NCBI GenBank assembly: GCA_031549195.1 | Contig: JAVBQF010000005.1 | Coordinates: 13,462 to 77,461 of the forward strand | DNA length: 64,000 nucleotides | Source: Bacilli bacterium | Lineage (GTDB): Bacteria; Bacillota_I; Bacilli_A; RF39; UBA660 | Direction: 5' to 3' | Shown: one piece after another, positions 39,660 to 48,843 of the stretch | Position numbering within the stretch: the stretch's first letter is position 1 | Layout of the letters: each line of letters opens with the position of its first letter | Translations under genes and position numbers: made by a program | The notes under the pieces: model-generated | What the model saw: the letters and a program-made list of their open reading frames with translations, nothing else | What the model was told of the DNA's origin: nothing | The model's database searches: none

Positions 39660-40394
39660 ATGGCATACTCAAAAGAAGATTTATTTGATCTACAAAAAGA
39701 CAAATTAGACAGAATACTTACAATACCAAATTTAATATGTGTAGCGAGAATTCTATGGTCAATAGAATTTGCTAATAGAACATCAGCAAATGGAGTTATT
39801 CCAATACTTAGTGCGGAAGAAGCAGGACTAATTGGTCTATCTGATGCAGCCGATGGATATATAGCAAGAAACTATGATCAAAAAAGCAATCTTGGAAAAC
39901 TACTAGATCCTCTTTCCGATAGATGCTATGCTATTTCAATGATATATACTTTACTAAAAACCGGACAAATACCACTTGAATGGCAATCAGTTGGTCCTTT
40001 AAGTGCAATTGCTGCTAGAGATATATTATTAAATATTGCAGGCTTAGTATATATAAGTAAAAACAATGTATCAATGGCAAAAGAATCTAACGTATTTGGC
40101 AAAGTTAAAACCGGGTTATTAACAGCATCTATTTTATCTGCATTTCAATTTGGTTTTGGAAATGAAGGGGCTGAATTAATTGCACCAGTTTCATTAGGTT
40201 TAGCCGCAGCAACAATTCCGCCAGAAATAGCTTATATTTTAAAAAATCTAAGAAAAGAGAGTAAAAATGGAGAGAATTCTGAAATAGATTCGTGTAGTAT
40301 TGATGCCTTTGAAGAAAAGTGGGCGCAAGAAGATAAATCAAAACAAGAACAAGGAAATAATAAAGTATTAGCAAAGCAATCCATTATGGTATAA
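39660..40394 (+). CDS. CDP-alcohol phosphatidyltransferase family membrane protein
   Basis: Motif DAADGYIARNYDQKSNLGKLLDPLSD (D-G-x2-A-R-x8-G-x3-D-x3-D). Confidence 0.7.
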   Translation: MAYSKEDLFDLQKDKLDRILTIPNLICVARILWSIEFANRTSANGVIPILSAEEAGLIGLSDAADGYIARNYDQKSNLGKLLDPLSDRCYAISMIYTLLKTGQIPLEWQSVGPLSAIAARDILLNIAGLVYISKNNVSMAKESNVFGKVKTGLLTASILSAFQFGFGNEGAELIAPVSLGLAAATIPPEIAYILKNLRKESKNGENSEIDSCSIDAFEEKWAQEDKSKQEQGNNKVLAKQSIMV

Positions 40395-40541
40395 TAAATG
40401 TAAATAAAATTGAGTTTGCTATAAGAATAAGATTTATAGCTCTACAATTTTGCCATTAATTCAAAAATGGTACAATAGTAACAGAAACATGTAAGATAGT
40501 AAAAGTAAGTGAGGCACATAATAAGAAGGGATAAAAGAAAT

Positions 40542-40943
40542 ATGGATTGTATTTTTTGTAACATTATTAAAGGTACTATACCAAGTTATACAGTATATGA
40601 AGATGAATTAGTAAAAGTGTTTTTAGATATTAACCCATCTACAAAGGGAGATATGTTGATTGTACCTAAAAAACATCTAGTAGACATTAGTGAGTTAGAT
40701 AATGACTTAATATTACACATCCACAAAATTGCTAATAAATTATATTTAGAACTAAAAGATAAGCTTAATATGGAAGGATTGACACTTGCTGTTAATTCTG
40801 GCTGCGCACAAGAAGTGAAACATTACCATTTGCATTTCACTCCTAGATATGCAGCTGATCATTTAATGCACACATTTGATAAAACTTTATTAGTGGATTT
40901 AAGTGAACTAATGGAAATCATTAGAAAGAGGAATAAGGTGTAG
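40542..40943 (+). CDS. HIT-family (histidine triad) nucleotide hydrolase
   Basis: Zinc-finger-like CIFCNII at N-terminus and HYHLHFTP histidine triad; start at ATG 40542 with AGAAGGG RBS. Confidence 0.8.
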   Translation: MDCIFCNIIKGTIPSYTVYEDELVKVFLDINPSTKGDMLIVPKKHLVDISELDNDLILHIHKIANKLYLELKDKLNMEGLTLAVNSGCAQEVKHYHLHFTPRYAADHLMHTFDKTLLVDLSELMEIIRKRNKV

Positions 40944-40944
40944 T

Positions 40945-41805
40945 ATGGATAGAAGCGGATTTTTTGAAGACTATTTAGAAATACTTCATTTAGACCCGAA
41001 TTTTACCAAAGAAGAATTACAAGCTGCAATGGTAATAGCAACCAAGAATGCTTCATCCAAAGACATAGATAGATATTTAGACATGTATTTGAAATTAACT
41101 GGCACTAAGAAGGATGAATATATTAAGGATTGTTTAGCTTTTAGAGAAACAGCAAGATTATTTGATAAAAAAGTAGATACACCTAATGGTCAAGCCCCTA
41201 AATTACCATATGGTATTGAAATACCAAAAATCATTGACGAGCGTCCCTGTGAATTATTTCCATACGCAACCAGTATGGGATTTATTGTTGGTTTTAGTTC
41301 TATAACAGTTGATGATAACTTAGAAGTGATTTTGTATCACCCAGGAACAAGAGCAATGATTTATCTAGAGGTAGAAGAAAATGGTACAATATCAAGTAGA
41401 TATAATGGAACTCCTATTGTTCATTTCCCAATAAAAAAAGAACTTAGTAGCGGATCAACAGTTTTAGATACAATTGAAATAAGACATTTACCACTTACAG
41501 ATGATACTATGAATATTATTAAAGGACATCGCTTAGCTGAATGGCCACCACTAGAAAATGATACTTTAAGCTTTATAAACTCTATTAGTGATGAAAAAAC
41601 AACCGAACAGATTTCTCAAGAAAACGGAGAAGATGCTGCAAAAAAATTTGCATACATAAGAACTTCACAAAAGATATTCTCTTCAGATAATAAAATGAAG
41701 GATATGCTTGGATATTATAATGTACAATTAGTTAGTGATACAGTCCAAGAATATGGAAAAGGTGTAAAAGAAGCTATAGATGGTGCGACTGGCAAGAAGA
41801 GATAA
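40945..41805 (+). CDS. Hypothetical protein (286 aa)
   Basis: ORF translationally coupled to hit gene; no motif recognised. Confidence 0.45.
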   Translation: MDRSGFFEDYLEILHLDPNFTKEELQAAMVIATKNASSKDIDRYLDMYLKLTGTKKDEYIKDCLAFRETARLFDKKVDTPNGQAPKLPYGIEIPKIIDERPCELFPYATSMGFIVGFSSITVDDNLEVILYHPGTRAMIYLEVEENGTISSRYNGTPIVHFPIKKELSSGSTVLDTIEIRHLPLTDDTMNIIKGHRLAEWPPLENDTLSFINSISDEKTTEQISQENGEDAAKKFAYIRTSQKIFSSDNKMKDMLGYYNVQLVSDTVQEYGKGVKEAIDGATGKKR

Positions 41806-41835
41806 AAAAAAGAAGACTAATCTTCTTTTTTATTA

Positions 41836-41940
41836 TTAACAGAACCAGCTTCCTAATAGGATTGCTAATAAAATGTATAAAACTATTATTATTAGTGCCC
41901 CATTATTTCTGCAAACAGGTTCTACTGGTTGACAAGACAT
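41836..41940 (-). CDS. YjcZ-family small sporulation membrane peptide (34 aa)
   Basis: MSCQPVEPVCRNNGALIIIVLYILLAILLGSWFC; GGAGGTG RBS 8 nt upstream; matches YjcZ pattern (Gly-rich head + ALIVVLFILLIIVG tail). Too short for ORF track. Confidence 0.55.
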   Translation of the reverse strand: MSCQPVEPVCRNNGALIIIVLYILLAILLGSWFC

Positions 41941-41958
41941 TAATTACACCTCCTTAAA

Positions 41959-42039
41959 CTAGATCCAAGCACCTAATATGATCACTAGTAAAATGAATAA
42001 AACTAAAACGATAGCTGCTGATGATCCACAATTATTCAT
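41959..42039 (-). CDS. YjcZ-family small sporulation membrane peptide (26 aa), tandem paralogue
   Basis: MNNCGSSAAIVLVLFILLVIILGAWI; AAGGAGG RBS upstream. Confidence 0.55.
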   Translation of the reverse strand: MNNCGSSAAIVLVLFILLVIILGAWI

Positions 42040-42188
42040 AATTCGATCCTCCTTTTTTCATTACTCACATTATTTTATGGGATTTTTCAAAAAGTGTTCG
42101 GACTTATATGAAAATTTATCTAAAATAATTGTAATTCACACCTATATTTGTTATGATTATAATGTACATTTGAAGGGAGAGTTAACAA

Positions 42189-43163
42189 ATGAAGAAAATA
42201 TTAGCAAGTACACTTATAATGTTATTATTTGTAACAAGCTGTGGAAAGATACCTACATTAAGCAATGGAGAGGAAGCTGTCGTTACACTTGATGATGGTG
42301 GAATATCAGTGAATGAATTATACGAGGAAATGAAAAATACATATGCACTTAGTACCTTACTTGATTTAATTGATAATAAGATATTAAGTGAAAAATATCC
42401 AAGTGGAGAAGATGAAGAAAGTTACATTAAAGGACAACTTGATAGTATGCAATTATATTATGATTACTATTATAAAGAAAGTTATCCATCATTTGAAGCA
42501 TTCGTTTATTCACAATACAATGTATCAAGCATTGATGCCGTTAAAAAGATATTAGGACTTGAGTACAAAAGAAATCAAGTTGTACTTGAATATGCTAAAG
42601 GATTAGTAACCGATAAGGAAATTCAAAACTATTATGATGATGATGTAATTGCAGAAATTAGAGCAAGTCATATATTAATAACTACGGATTATGCAGATGG
42701 TGCAACAGATGAACAGAAAGCAGAGATTGATAAAACTGCATTAGAGCAAGCAAAAAGTATTATTACAAAATTGAACAATGGTGAAAAATTTGAAGATTTA
42801 GCAAAAGAATATTCCAAAGATAATAGCGCTTCTAATGGTGGAGATGTCAATTGGTTTGGTCATGGTGAAATGGTTGAAGAATTTGAAAATGCTGCTATTA
42901 AACTTAAAAAAGGTGAGTATACAAAAGAGCCTGTTAAAACGAAATATGGTTATCATATCATATTAAAGACTGATGAAAGAGAAAAAGCTAAATTAGAAGA
43001 TATTAAAGAAGAAGTAATCGAATCAGTCGCTGAAGATAAAGTTGAAAATACTAAAAATATTAAAATTTTAGCACTTATTGATTTTAGGAAAGACAATGGA
43101 ATAAAAATAGAAGATCCTGAACTTGCAAAACAATATAAAACATATATAGAAAATTATAAGTAA
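42189..43163 (+). CDS. prsA: Foldase PrsA (parvulin-type peptidyl-prolyl isomerase lipoprotein)
   Basis: Lipobox LLFVTSCG; parvulin core ASHILI...GGDVNWFGHGEMVEEFENAA...KYGYHIILKTD. Confidence 0.85.
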   Translation: MKKILASTLIMLLFVTSCGKIPTLSNGEEAVVTLDDGGISVNELYEEMKNTYALSTLLDLIDNKILSEKYPSGEDEESYIKGQLDSMQLYYDYYYKESYPSFEAFVYSQYNVSSIDAVKKILGLEYKRNQVVLEYAKGLVTDKEIQNYYDDDVIAEIRASHILITTDYADGATDEQKAEIDKTALEQAKSIITKLNNGEKFEDLAKEYSKDNSASNGGDVNWFGHGEMVEEFENAAIKLKKGEYTKEPVKTKYGYHIILKTDEREKAKLEDIKEEVIESVAEDKVENTKNIKILALIDFRKDNGIKIEDPELAKQYKTYIENYK

Positions 43164-43194
43164 AAGAGAGAAATCTCTTTTTTTAGGAGAAAAT

Positions 43195-43761
43195 ATGATG
43201 ATAATTATAGAATATATTAGAAGGTTACTCCCCTATATGTTAATAGCTCTACCATTCTACATTGCTATTAGATATATTATAGTAAAATTAAAAAGAGACT
43301 TTAAATTTAATCTCTTTCATGAACTTGGTTTGCTGATCTTTATAATCTTTATATTTTGGTTTTTATCATTAACTATAAGAGCTAAACTTCCTTATACATT
43401 TTCTTTTAAAGGAAGTATTAATCTTATTCCATTCAAAACTATTTTAAAGCAAATAAAAGGATTATTTGAGTATAATCAACAAAATAACTTTTTGATAAAT
43501 ATATTAGGAAATGTTGCAATGTTTATACCAATTGGTTTCTTTCCAGCATTGCTATATGAAAAAGCAAATATAAAAGTCTCACTTTTATCAGGTTTTTTAT
43601 TGTCATTATTTATTGAATGTTTGCAACTAATACTACCAAGAACAACTGATATTGATGATATAATATTAAATACAATAGGTGCACTGCTTGGATATTTAAT
43701 ATACAAATTAATTGCAAAGTCCAAATTTATTAGAAAGTTTAAATATCACTATTATAATTAG
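43195..43761 (+). CDS. VanZ-family membrane protein
   Basis: NILGNVAMFIPIGFF...IECLQLILPRTTDIDDIILNTIGALLGY matches VanZ-like conserved core. Confidence 0.65.
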   Translation: MMIIIEYIRRLLPYMLIALPFYIAIRYIIVKLKRDFKFNLFHELGLLIFIIFIFWFLSLTIRAKLPYTFSFKGSINLIPFKTILKQIKGLFEYNQQNNFLINILGNVAMFIPIGFFPALLYEKANIKVSLLSGFLLSLFIECLQLILPRTTDIDDIILNTIGALLGYLIYKLIAKSKFIRKFKYHYYN

Positions 43762-44503
43762 AGAAGCCTTGTCTATACATCTTCTCTTTTATTTTGTATT
43801 CAAGTTCATTGCCTTGATATTTCCTCGATAACTTCTTATAAAGTTTATCATACTCTTTTTTTGCTATATCTATATCACTAATTATCTTTTCCTTCTCAAC
43901 TAAGGATACAATCAAACACTTTTCATATCCTAAGTTAGATAAGTAGTTTATTATTTTATTTTTCAACATTATTGAGCTTTTATTTCTATTAGTAGACTTA
44001 AGTTTATTAATAATTTTATTAATTTTTTCTATTTGAAGTGATTCATTAAATAAGATTAAATTATCTTGAATAATTGATTCATCTACTCCCTTTTTTTCAA
44101 GTTCTCTAGCTATTTTATAAGGACCATCACTACTTAAATGTATCCTATCATTAATTAAAGACTTGGCATAACTATTATCATTCAAATATCCTCTTTCAAC
44201 CAATATTCTTATAGTATTATTTATTATATCTTTATGGACTTCATATTTTAAAAGATATTCTGATACTTCTTTTATGCTTCGCATCTTAGTAGAAATATAC
44301 TTTATAGCTTGATCATAAGCAATAAAAGTAATATTTTCTTCTAATAACTTTTCCATCTTTTTATCATCTATTTTTTTATTAATAAGTAAATCATATTTAA
44401 GTATTAAATCTTCATGTACTATAATTGACTCTTCATTATCAAGTTCTATTTTATACTGTCCATTCTTTTGTTTTGTAAACTTATTTATAAGCATTTTTAT
44501 CAC
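43739..44503 (-). CDS. recX: Regulatory protein RecX
   Basis: Three-repeat helical RecX architecture (YAKSLINDRIHLSSDGPYKIARELEKKGVDESII). Confidence 0.75.
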   Translation of the reverse strand: MIKMLINKFTKQKNGQYKIELDNEESIIVHEDLILKYDLLINKKIDDKKMEKLLEENITFIAYDQAIKYISTKMRSIKEVSEYLLKYEVHKDIINNTIRILVERGYLNDNSYAKSLINDRIHLSSDGPYKIARELEKKGVDESIIQDNLILFNESLQIEKINKIINKLKSTNRNKSSIMLKNKIINYLSNLGYEKCLIVSLVEKEKIISDIDIAKKEYDKLYKKLSRKYQGNELEYKIKEKMYRQGFSNYNSDI

Positions 44504-44593
44504 CTAAGCACATTATATATCAAACAAACATTTGTGTAAATAATTAAAATAAAAATTATTTATAAAATTACTATATACATTTAAAATGAAGAC

Positions 44594-44810
44594 TTATTCA
44601 GTCTCCATCTTTACTGTTATTAAATTTTCAGCAATCTCTTCTAATGCTCTTCCAATATTTTTCTTTGATACATATTTGTTGCTTTTCATTTGATAATGAT
44701 CAGTAGCAGTCATCTCTTTACTACGTCTTGCTGAAATATGAACAAGTTGATATTTAGAATCAACTACATTTAATAGTTTATCGATTGATGGATATATCAC
44801 AAAAATCACC
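44594..44810 (-). CDS. rpoZ: DNA-directed RNA polymerase subunit omega (GTG start likely)
   Basis: (V)IYPSIDKLLNVVDSKYQLVHISARRSKEM...KYVSKKNIGRALEEIAENLITV aligns with B. subtilis RpoZ [30 protein letters not shown]; ORF-track N-terminal extension implausible. Confidence 0.7.
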
Positions 44811-44919
44811 TTCCCTAGTATAAGAATACATTTATTTACATTTGATTTCAATAGTTTTTGTAAAACTTGACAATCATTTACAAATATATACATTTTGTGC
44901 TAGGTTTCGACATTGTAAA

Positions 44920-45858
44920 CTATAAATCTTCTTCTGTTTCACCAATTATATATACTGGCCTATTTTTTGTTTCAAGATAAGTTTTCGCAAGATATTGACC
45001 TAGTATTCCTGTACAGAATAATTGAATTCCTGAAACAAAGAATATAATACATACAAGTGACGGCCATCCGCTTGTTGGATCACCCATTGCAAGTGTTCTA
45101 ACAATAATAACCACTATCATAATCATAGATATTAAGAAAAATAATATTCCCATTATACTTGATATTATTAATGGTACTGTAGAAAATCCAATTATACCTT
45201 CAAGTGCATAACCAAATAATTTCCAAAATGACCACTTAGTAACACCAGCAACTCTGTCTTGGTTTTCAAATGCTATCCACTTTGTTTTAAAGCCAACAAA
45301 ACTAAATATCCCTTTAGAATAACGATTGTATTCTTTCATTGAAAGAACTGCATCTACCATTTTCCTTTTCATCAATCTAAAGTCTCTAGCACCATCAACC
45401 ATTTCAGTCTTACTCATTGCATTAATTATTTTATAAAACCATTTTGTACAAATTTTTCTAATAAATGAATAACCCTTTCTTGAAACACTTCTAGTAGCAA
45501 TACAGTCATAATCTTCTTCCTCAAGTGTTTTTAATAATTCTGGTAATAAACTTGGTGGATCTTGTAAATCTGCATCCATTACACAAACATAATCACCACT
45601 TGCCAAGCTTAATCCTGCATACATAGCTCCTTCTTTACCAAAGTTTCTTGATAATGAAGCATACCTTACTCTCTTATCACTTCTTGCCAATTCTCTCATG
45701 ATTAATAATGTGTTATCACGCGATCCATCATTTACAAAAATAAATTCGAAATTCACTTCTTTCATCTTATTTGCAATTTTACTTGCTTCATCATAAAATA
45801 ATGGTAATGACTCTTGTTCGTTATAACAAGGTACAACAACTGATATTTTCTTTTTCAT
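44920..45858 (-). CDS. Family 2 glycosyltransferase (GtrB-like, second copy)
   Basis: ISVVVPCYNEQ...VNDGSRD...MDADLQDP with C-terminal TM helices; paralogue of 10002..10952. Confidence 0.85.
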   Translation of the reverse strand: MKKKISVVVPCYNEQESLPLFYDEASKIANKMKEVNFEFIFVNDGSRDNTLLIMRELARSDKRVRYASLSRNFGKEGAMYAGLSLASGDYVCVMDADLQDPPSLLPELLKTLEEEDYDCIATRSVSRKGYSFIRKICTKWFYKIINAMSKTEMVDGARDFRLMKRKMVDAVLSMKEYNRYSKGIFSFVGFKTKWIAFENQDRVAGVTKWSFWKLFGYALEGIIGFSTVPLIISSIMGILFFLISMIMIVVIIVRTLAMGDPTSGWPSLVCIIFFVSGIQLFCTGILGQYLAKTYLETKNRPVYIIGETEEDL

Positions 45859-45868
45859 AACTATCTCC

Positions 45869-47365
45869 TTACTTCTTTACACCTTTTTCAATTGCTTCAA
45901 ATATTCCAAAATATTTGACATCTATTTTTTTATTACTTGGTATATTGTAATACTTTTTAAATATTTCTTCTTCCCTATTAGTTGTAGGATTATAATCAAA
46001 TACCAAGTGTAAAGGGTTTGCTTTTACTTCAATAACTTCATTATCTGTAACAATCTGCTCTTTAATATATTCTTGTTTGGTATAATCAATATATCTAATT
46101 ATTCCTAAACTTATTATATAATATATTGCTACAACTACAAGCAAAACCTTTAAAATATGAAAATTTAGATTCAAATTTAAATCTTTAATAGCAACGACTG
46201 AAGAAAAAATAAATACTAAAATAAATATTATAGAATATCTGTCATACCATATTGGTATAAATAGCATAACTACTGATATAGAAACAGCCATAAATAATAA
46301 AAGTAATATTAAATTTCTGACTTTTTTATCATTAATTATTATGAATATACTATAAATAAATAGTCCTAAAAATAATAACCAATAAAAGATAAAATATGAA
46401 TTATATGTATTGAATATGCCATGATAACTACTTATTACTAAGTTTAAATTAAACGGTATCAACAATGAAAAGTTACATATAATTGTAAATATTGGAATTA
46501 TATTAAACAATACTATAACTAATCTATTATATGGTTTAGATTTAAATACATCAATTACCACATAATTAATTGGTATCAACATGAGAAGCATTGTAAAAGT
46601 ATTTCTTGTAAATAGATATTTAATAAAGTTAGGTATATTTTCTATCTTTTTGTCCCATAAATTTAAACTTGAAAAGAACTCATTAGCACTAAAAATGCCT
46701 GTATTTTTAAGCATTAATATCAATGAAATGGAAGATACTATAGTTAAAATAAGATTAAAATATTTAATCTTTTTTGATTTTAAACTCATATATATAAGAT
46801 ATACAATATTTGTTAATAAAAAACCAATACCTATAACTTCATTAAGAAGAGGAATTGAAATTCCTAATAACAAAAGAACAATATTTTTCTTACTTTTTTT
46901 TATTTCCAATTTATTCATATAATAAAAATAATAAATTGATAATATACTTGGAAAAGTATTGAAAACACTGCCTTCAATCCAAGTATAATTTTGTGAAAAA
47001 GTTAGAGTATTTACAAGTAGTATTCCAAGAAATGGTAACAGATAGTAATATTTATTTTTAACAATTCCAAGCATCTCTGATACCATATATACAAAATTAC
47101 TCATAAGAAGGGCAAAAAGAACATCAAATATCATTTTATTACTGCATAAAACATTTATTAAAAAACGACCTAAAATTCTTCCTTCCCCATTTTTATATAG
47201 TTCTATAGCATTTGCAATAGAATCATTTATTCCGCCATTACCAATCAAAAAACTACCGTAATCCGCACCAGTTAAAGGTGCTAAAAAACTAAGAATGAAA
47301 AAAAAGAAAAATGTTCCAATTACTACTCTATATTTAAAATCTATTACTTCTAATCTTTCTTTCAT
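45869..47365 (-). CDS. Polytopic membrane protein, probable GT-C-type glycosyltransferase partner of GT2
   Basis: 498 aa, more than 10 TM helices, sits immediately downstream of GT2 as in the 10-13.8 kb module. Confidence 0.55.
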   Translation of the reverse strand: MKERLEVIDFKYRVVIGTFFFFFILSFLAPLTGADYGSFLIGNGGINDSIANAIELYKNGEGRILGRFLINVLCSNKMIFDVLFALLMSNFVYMVSEMLGIVKNKYYYLLPFLGILLVNTLTFSQNYTWIEGSVFNTFPSILSIYYFYYMNKLEIKKSKKNIVLLLLGISIPLLNEVIGIGFLLTNIVYLIYMSLKSKKIKYFNLILTIVSSISLILMLKNTGIFSANEFFSSLNLWDKKIENIPNFIKYLFTRNTFTMLLMLIPINYVVIDVFKSKPYNRLVIVLFNIIPIFTIICNFSLLIPFNLNLVISSYHGIFNTYNSYFIFYWLLFLGLFIYSIFIIINDKKVRNLILLLLFMAVSISVVMLFIPIWYDRYSIIFILVFIFSSVVAIKDLNLNLNFHILKVLLVVVAIYYIISLGIIRYIDYTKQEYIKEQIVTDNEVIEVKANPLHLVFDYNPTTNREEEIFKKYYNIPSNKKIDVKYFGIFEAIEKGVKK

Positions 47366-47374
47366 AAATCACCT

Positions 47375-47866
47375 TTAAATACTATCAATATAATTTGATA
47401 TTAAATTAATCATATTTTCTGTATTACTTTTATATTTTTTAGGTTTAAATGTTTTCACACGTTCTAATATGTTACCAAACTTTGTAAAATCCTTTAATTC
47501 CAATATATGACCATCATGAGCTAATTTACTTACTATTTGTATTTGATGATCATTGACATGTTCTTTATATTTTTCTAGTCTTGCTGCTGCTATAACAATC
47601 TTGTTGTGATTAAGACCAGATAGTATTGATCCAACTCCACCATGTGTAATTAATAAACTGCATCTTTCAATTATTTTTTCAAATTCATCGCTTTCAATGT
47701 AATCAAATGTCTTTATATTTTTTGATTCATACTTTGTACAGCCAACTTGAGCGATTACTTCTTCCTTAATACTACCCTTTTCTATTTCTTCATCTACTGC
47801 TTTTAATAATCTTTCAAAGCTTTTATCTTGAGTACCTAATGTTACAAATATCATTAATAAATCCAA
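47375..47866 (-). CDS. Glycosyltransferase family 28 C-terminal domain protein (Alg13/Cps14G/EpsF-like)
   Basis: IFVTLGTQDKSFERLLKAVD...SLLITHGGVGSILSG matches Alg13-like UDP-sugar-binding half-transferase. Confidence 0.7.
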   Translation of the reverse strand: MDLLMIFVTLGTQDKSFERLLKAVDEEIEKGSIKEEVIAQVGCTKYESKNIKTFDYIESDEFEKIIERCSLLITHGGVGSILSGLNHNKIVIAAARLEKYKEHVNDHQIQIVSKLAHDGHILELKDFTKFGNILERVKTFKPKKYKSNTENMINLISNYIDSI

Positions 47867-48327
47867 CCTCCATAAGTAGCTTTTGGATAAATTTTAAGCA
47901 TGCTTTCCCATTGTACAATAAACAGGTCAGCAAAATAATAAATTAATCTTCCAGTTACTGTTTTAGTATTCATATTAGCAAGTGTCTCAATATAAATAAT
48001 TTTACTTCCAAATATTTTTCCTATGCAGCACATTGGTCCTGCTGTATGAGCACCTGTAGTAATTATGAATTTAGGCCTTATTTTAAAATATAAGTATAAA
48101 CTTTTAACGCTGTTATAAAGTAATTTAAAAGGATATATTATAAAGTTAAGCTTGGTTCCATATACCAAAAAAGAAACTCTATTGGGATACTTATTTATTA
48201 AGTTCATATTAGATTTAGTCTTTTCAGTTATTATATGATAGTCATATTTATTAAACAAATCTTTTAACTGCATCATTTCAGACAAATGACCACCAGTTGA
48301 TGATATAAACAATATTTTTTTCTTCAT
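47854..48327 (-). CDS. Alg14/Cps14F-like membrane-associated half-glycosyltransferase
   Basis: KILFISSTGGHLSEMMQL...IITTGAHTAGPMCCIGKIFGSKIIYIE typical Alg14-like partner; 13-nt overlap with Alg13-like gene. Confidence 0.7.
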   Translation of the reverse strand: MKKKILFISSTGGHLSEMMQLKDLFNKYDYHIITEKTKSNMNLINKYPNRVSFLVYGTKLNFIIYPFKLLYNSVKSLYLYFKIRPKFIITTGAHTAGPMCCIGKIFGSKIIYIETLANMNTKTVTGRLIYYFADLFIVQWESMLKIYPKATYGGWIY

Positions 48328-48843
48328 AATTCCTCTTTATTTTGAAACTCAATTTACAATTATATTTTAACATATATATATAATGTTTTCAATTAAGAGA
48401 ATTAAAAGATGGTGGCATATAATAAAAATAATTCAATTTCTTGAATTATTTTCTAATATCTTTTTATATCATTTATAAGCATTTAACTTTTACTAATCAC
48501 AATTAAATGCAACAAAAATGGTTCCATCAAAATATGAAGTAACGCTTTGATCCAAGCAAGATTGAGATGGTTCACCACCAGCACCACATAGTTCAATTAA
48601 ATATACATCAATACCAGTGAAATAAAAGAATTGACACCATCACTATATTCATAATCATATGCTGTTACATATGTATTATTTGTTTTGTGGTGCAATGTAA
48701 AAAAATTGTTTCTATTAAATGTAAATCATATAAAATATGTAAAATATTGTCTAAACATATATAAACACAACTCATAAAATGGTAATACAATTACTTTTTT
48801 GTTATAATAATAATGAAAAAAACAATGGAAAAGGAGGCTTTTA

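Noticed and set aside
41978-42292. Plus-strand 104-aa ORF overlapping prsA start region.
   Set aside because: It is antisense to the two YjcZ-like peptide genes and runs into the prsA RBS. It has no motif.
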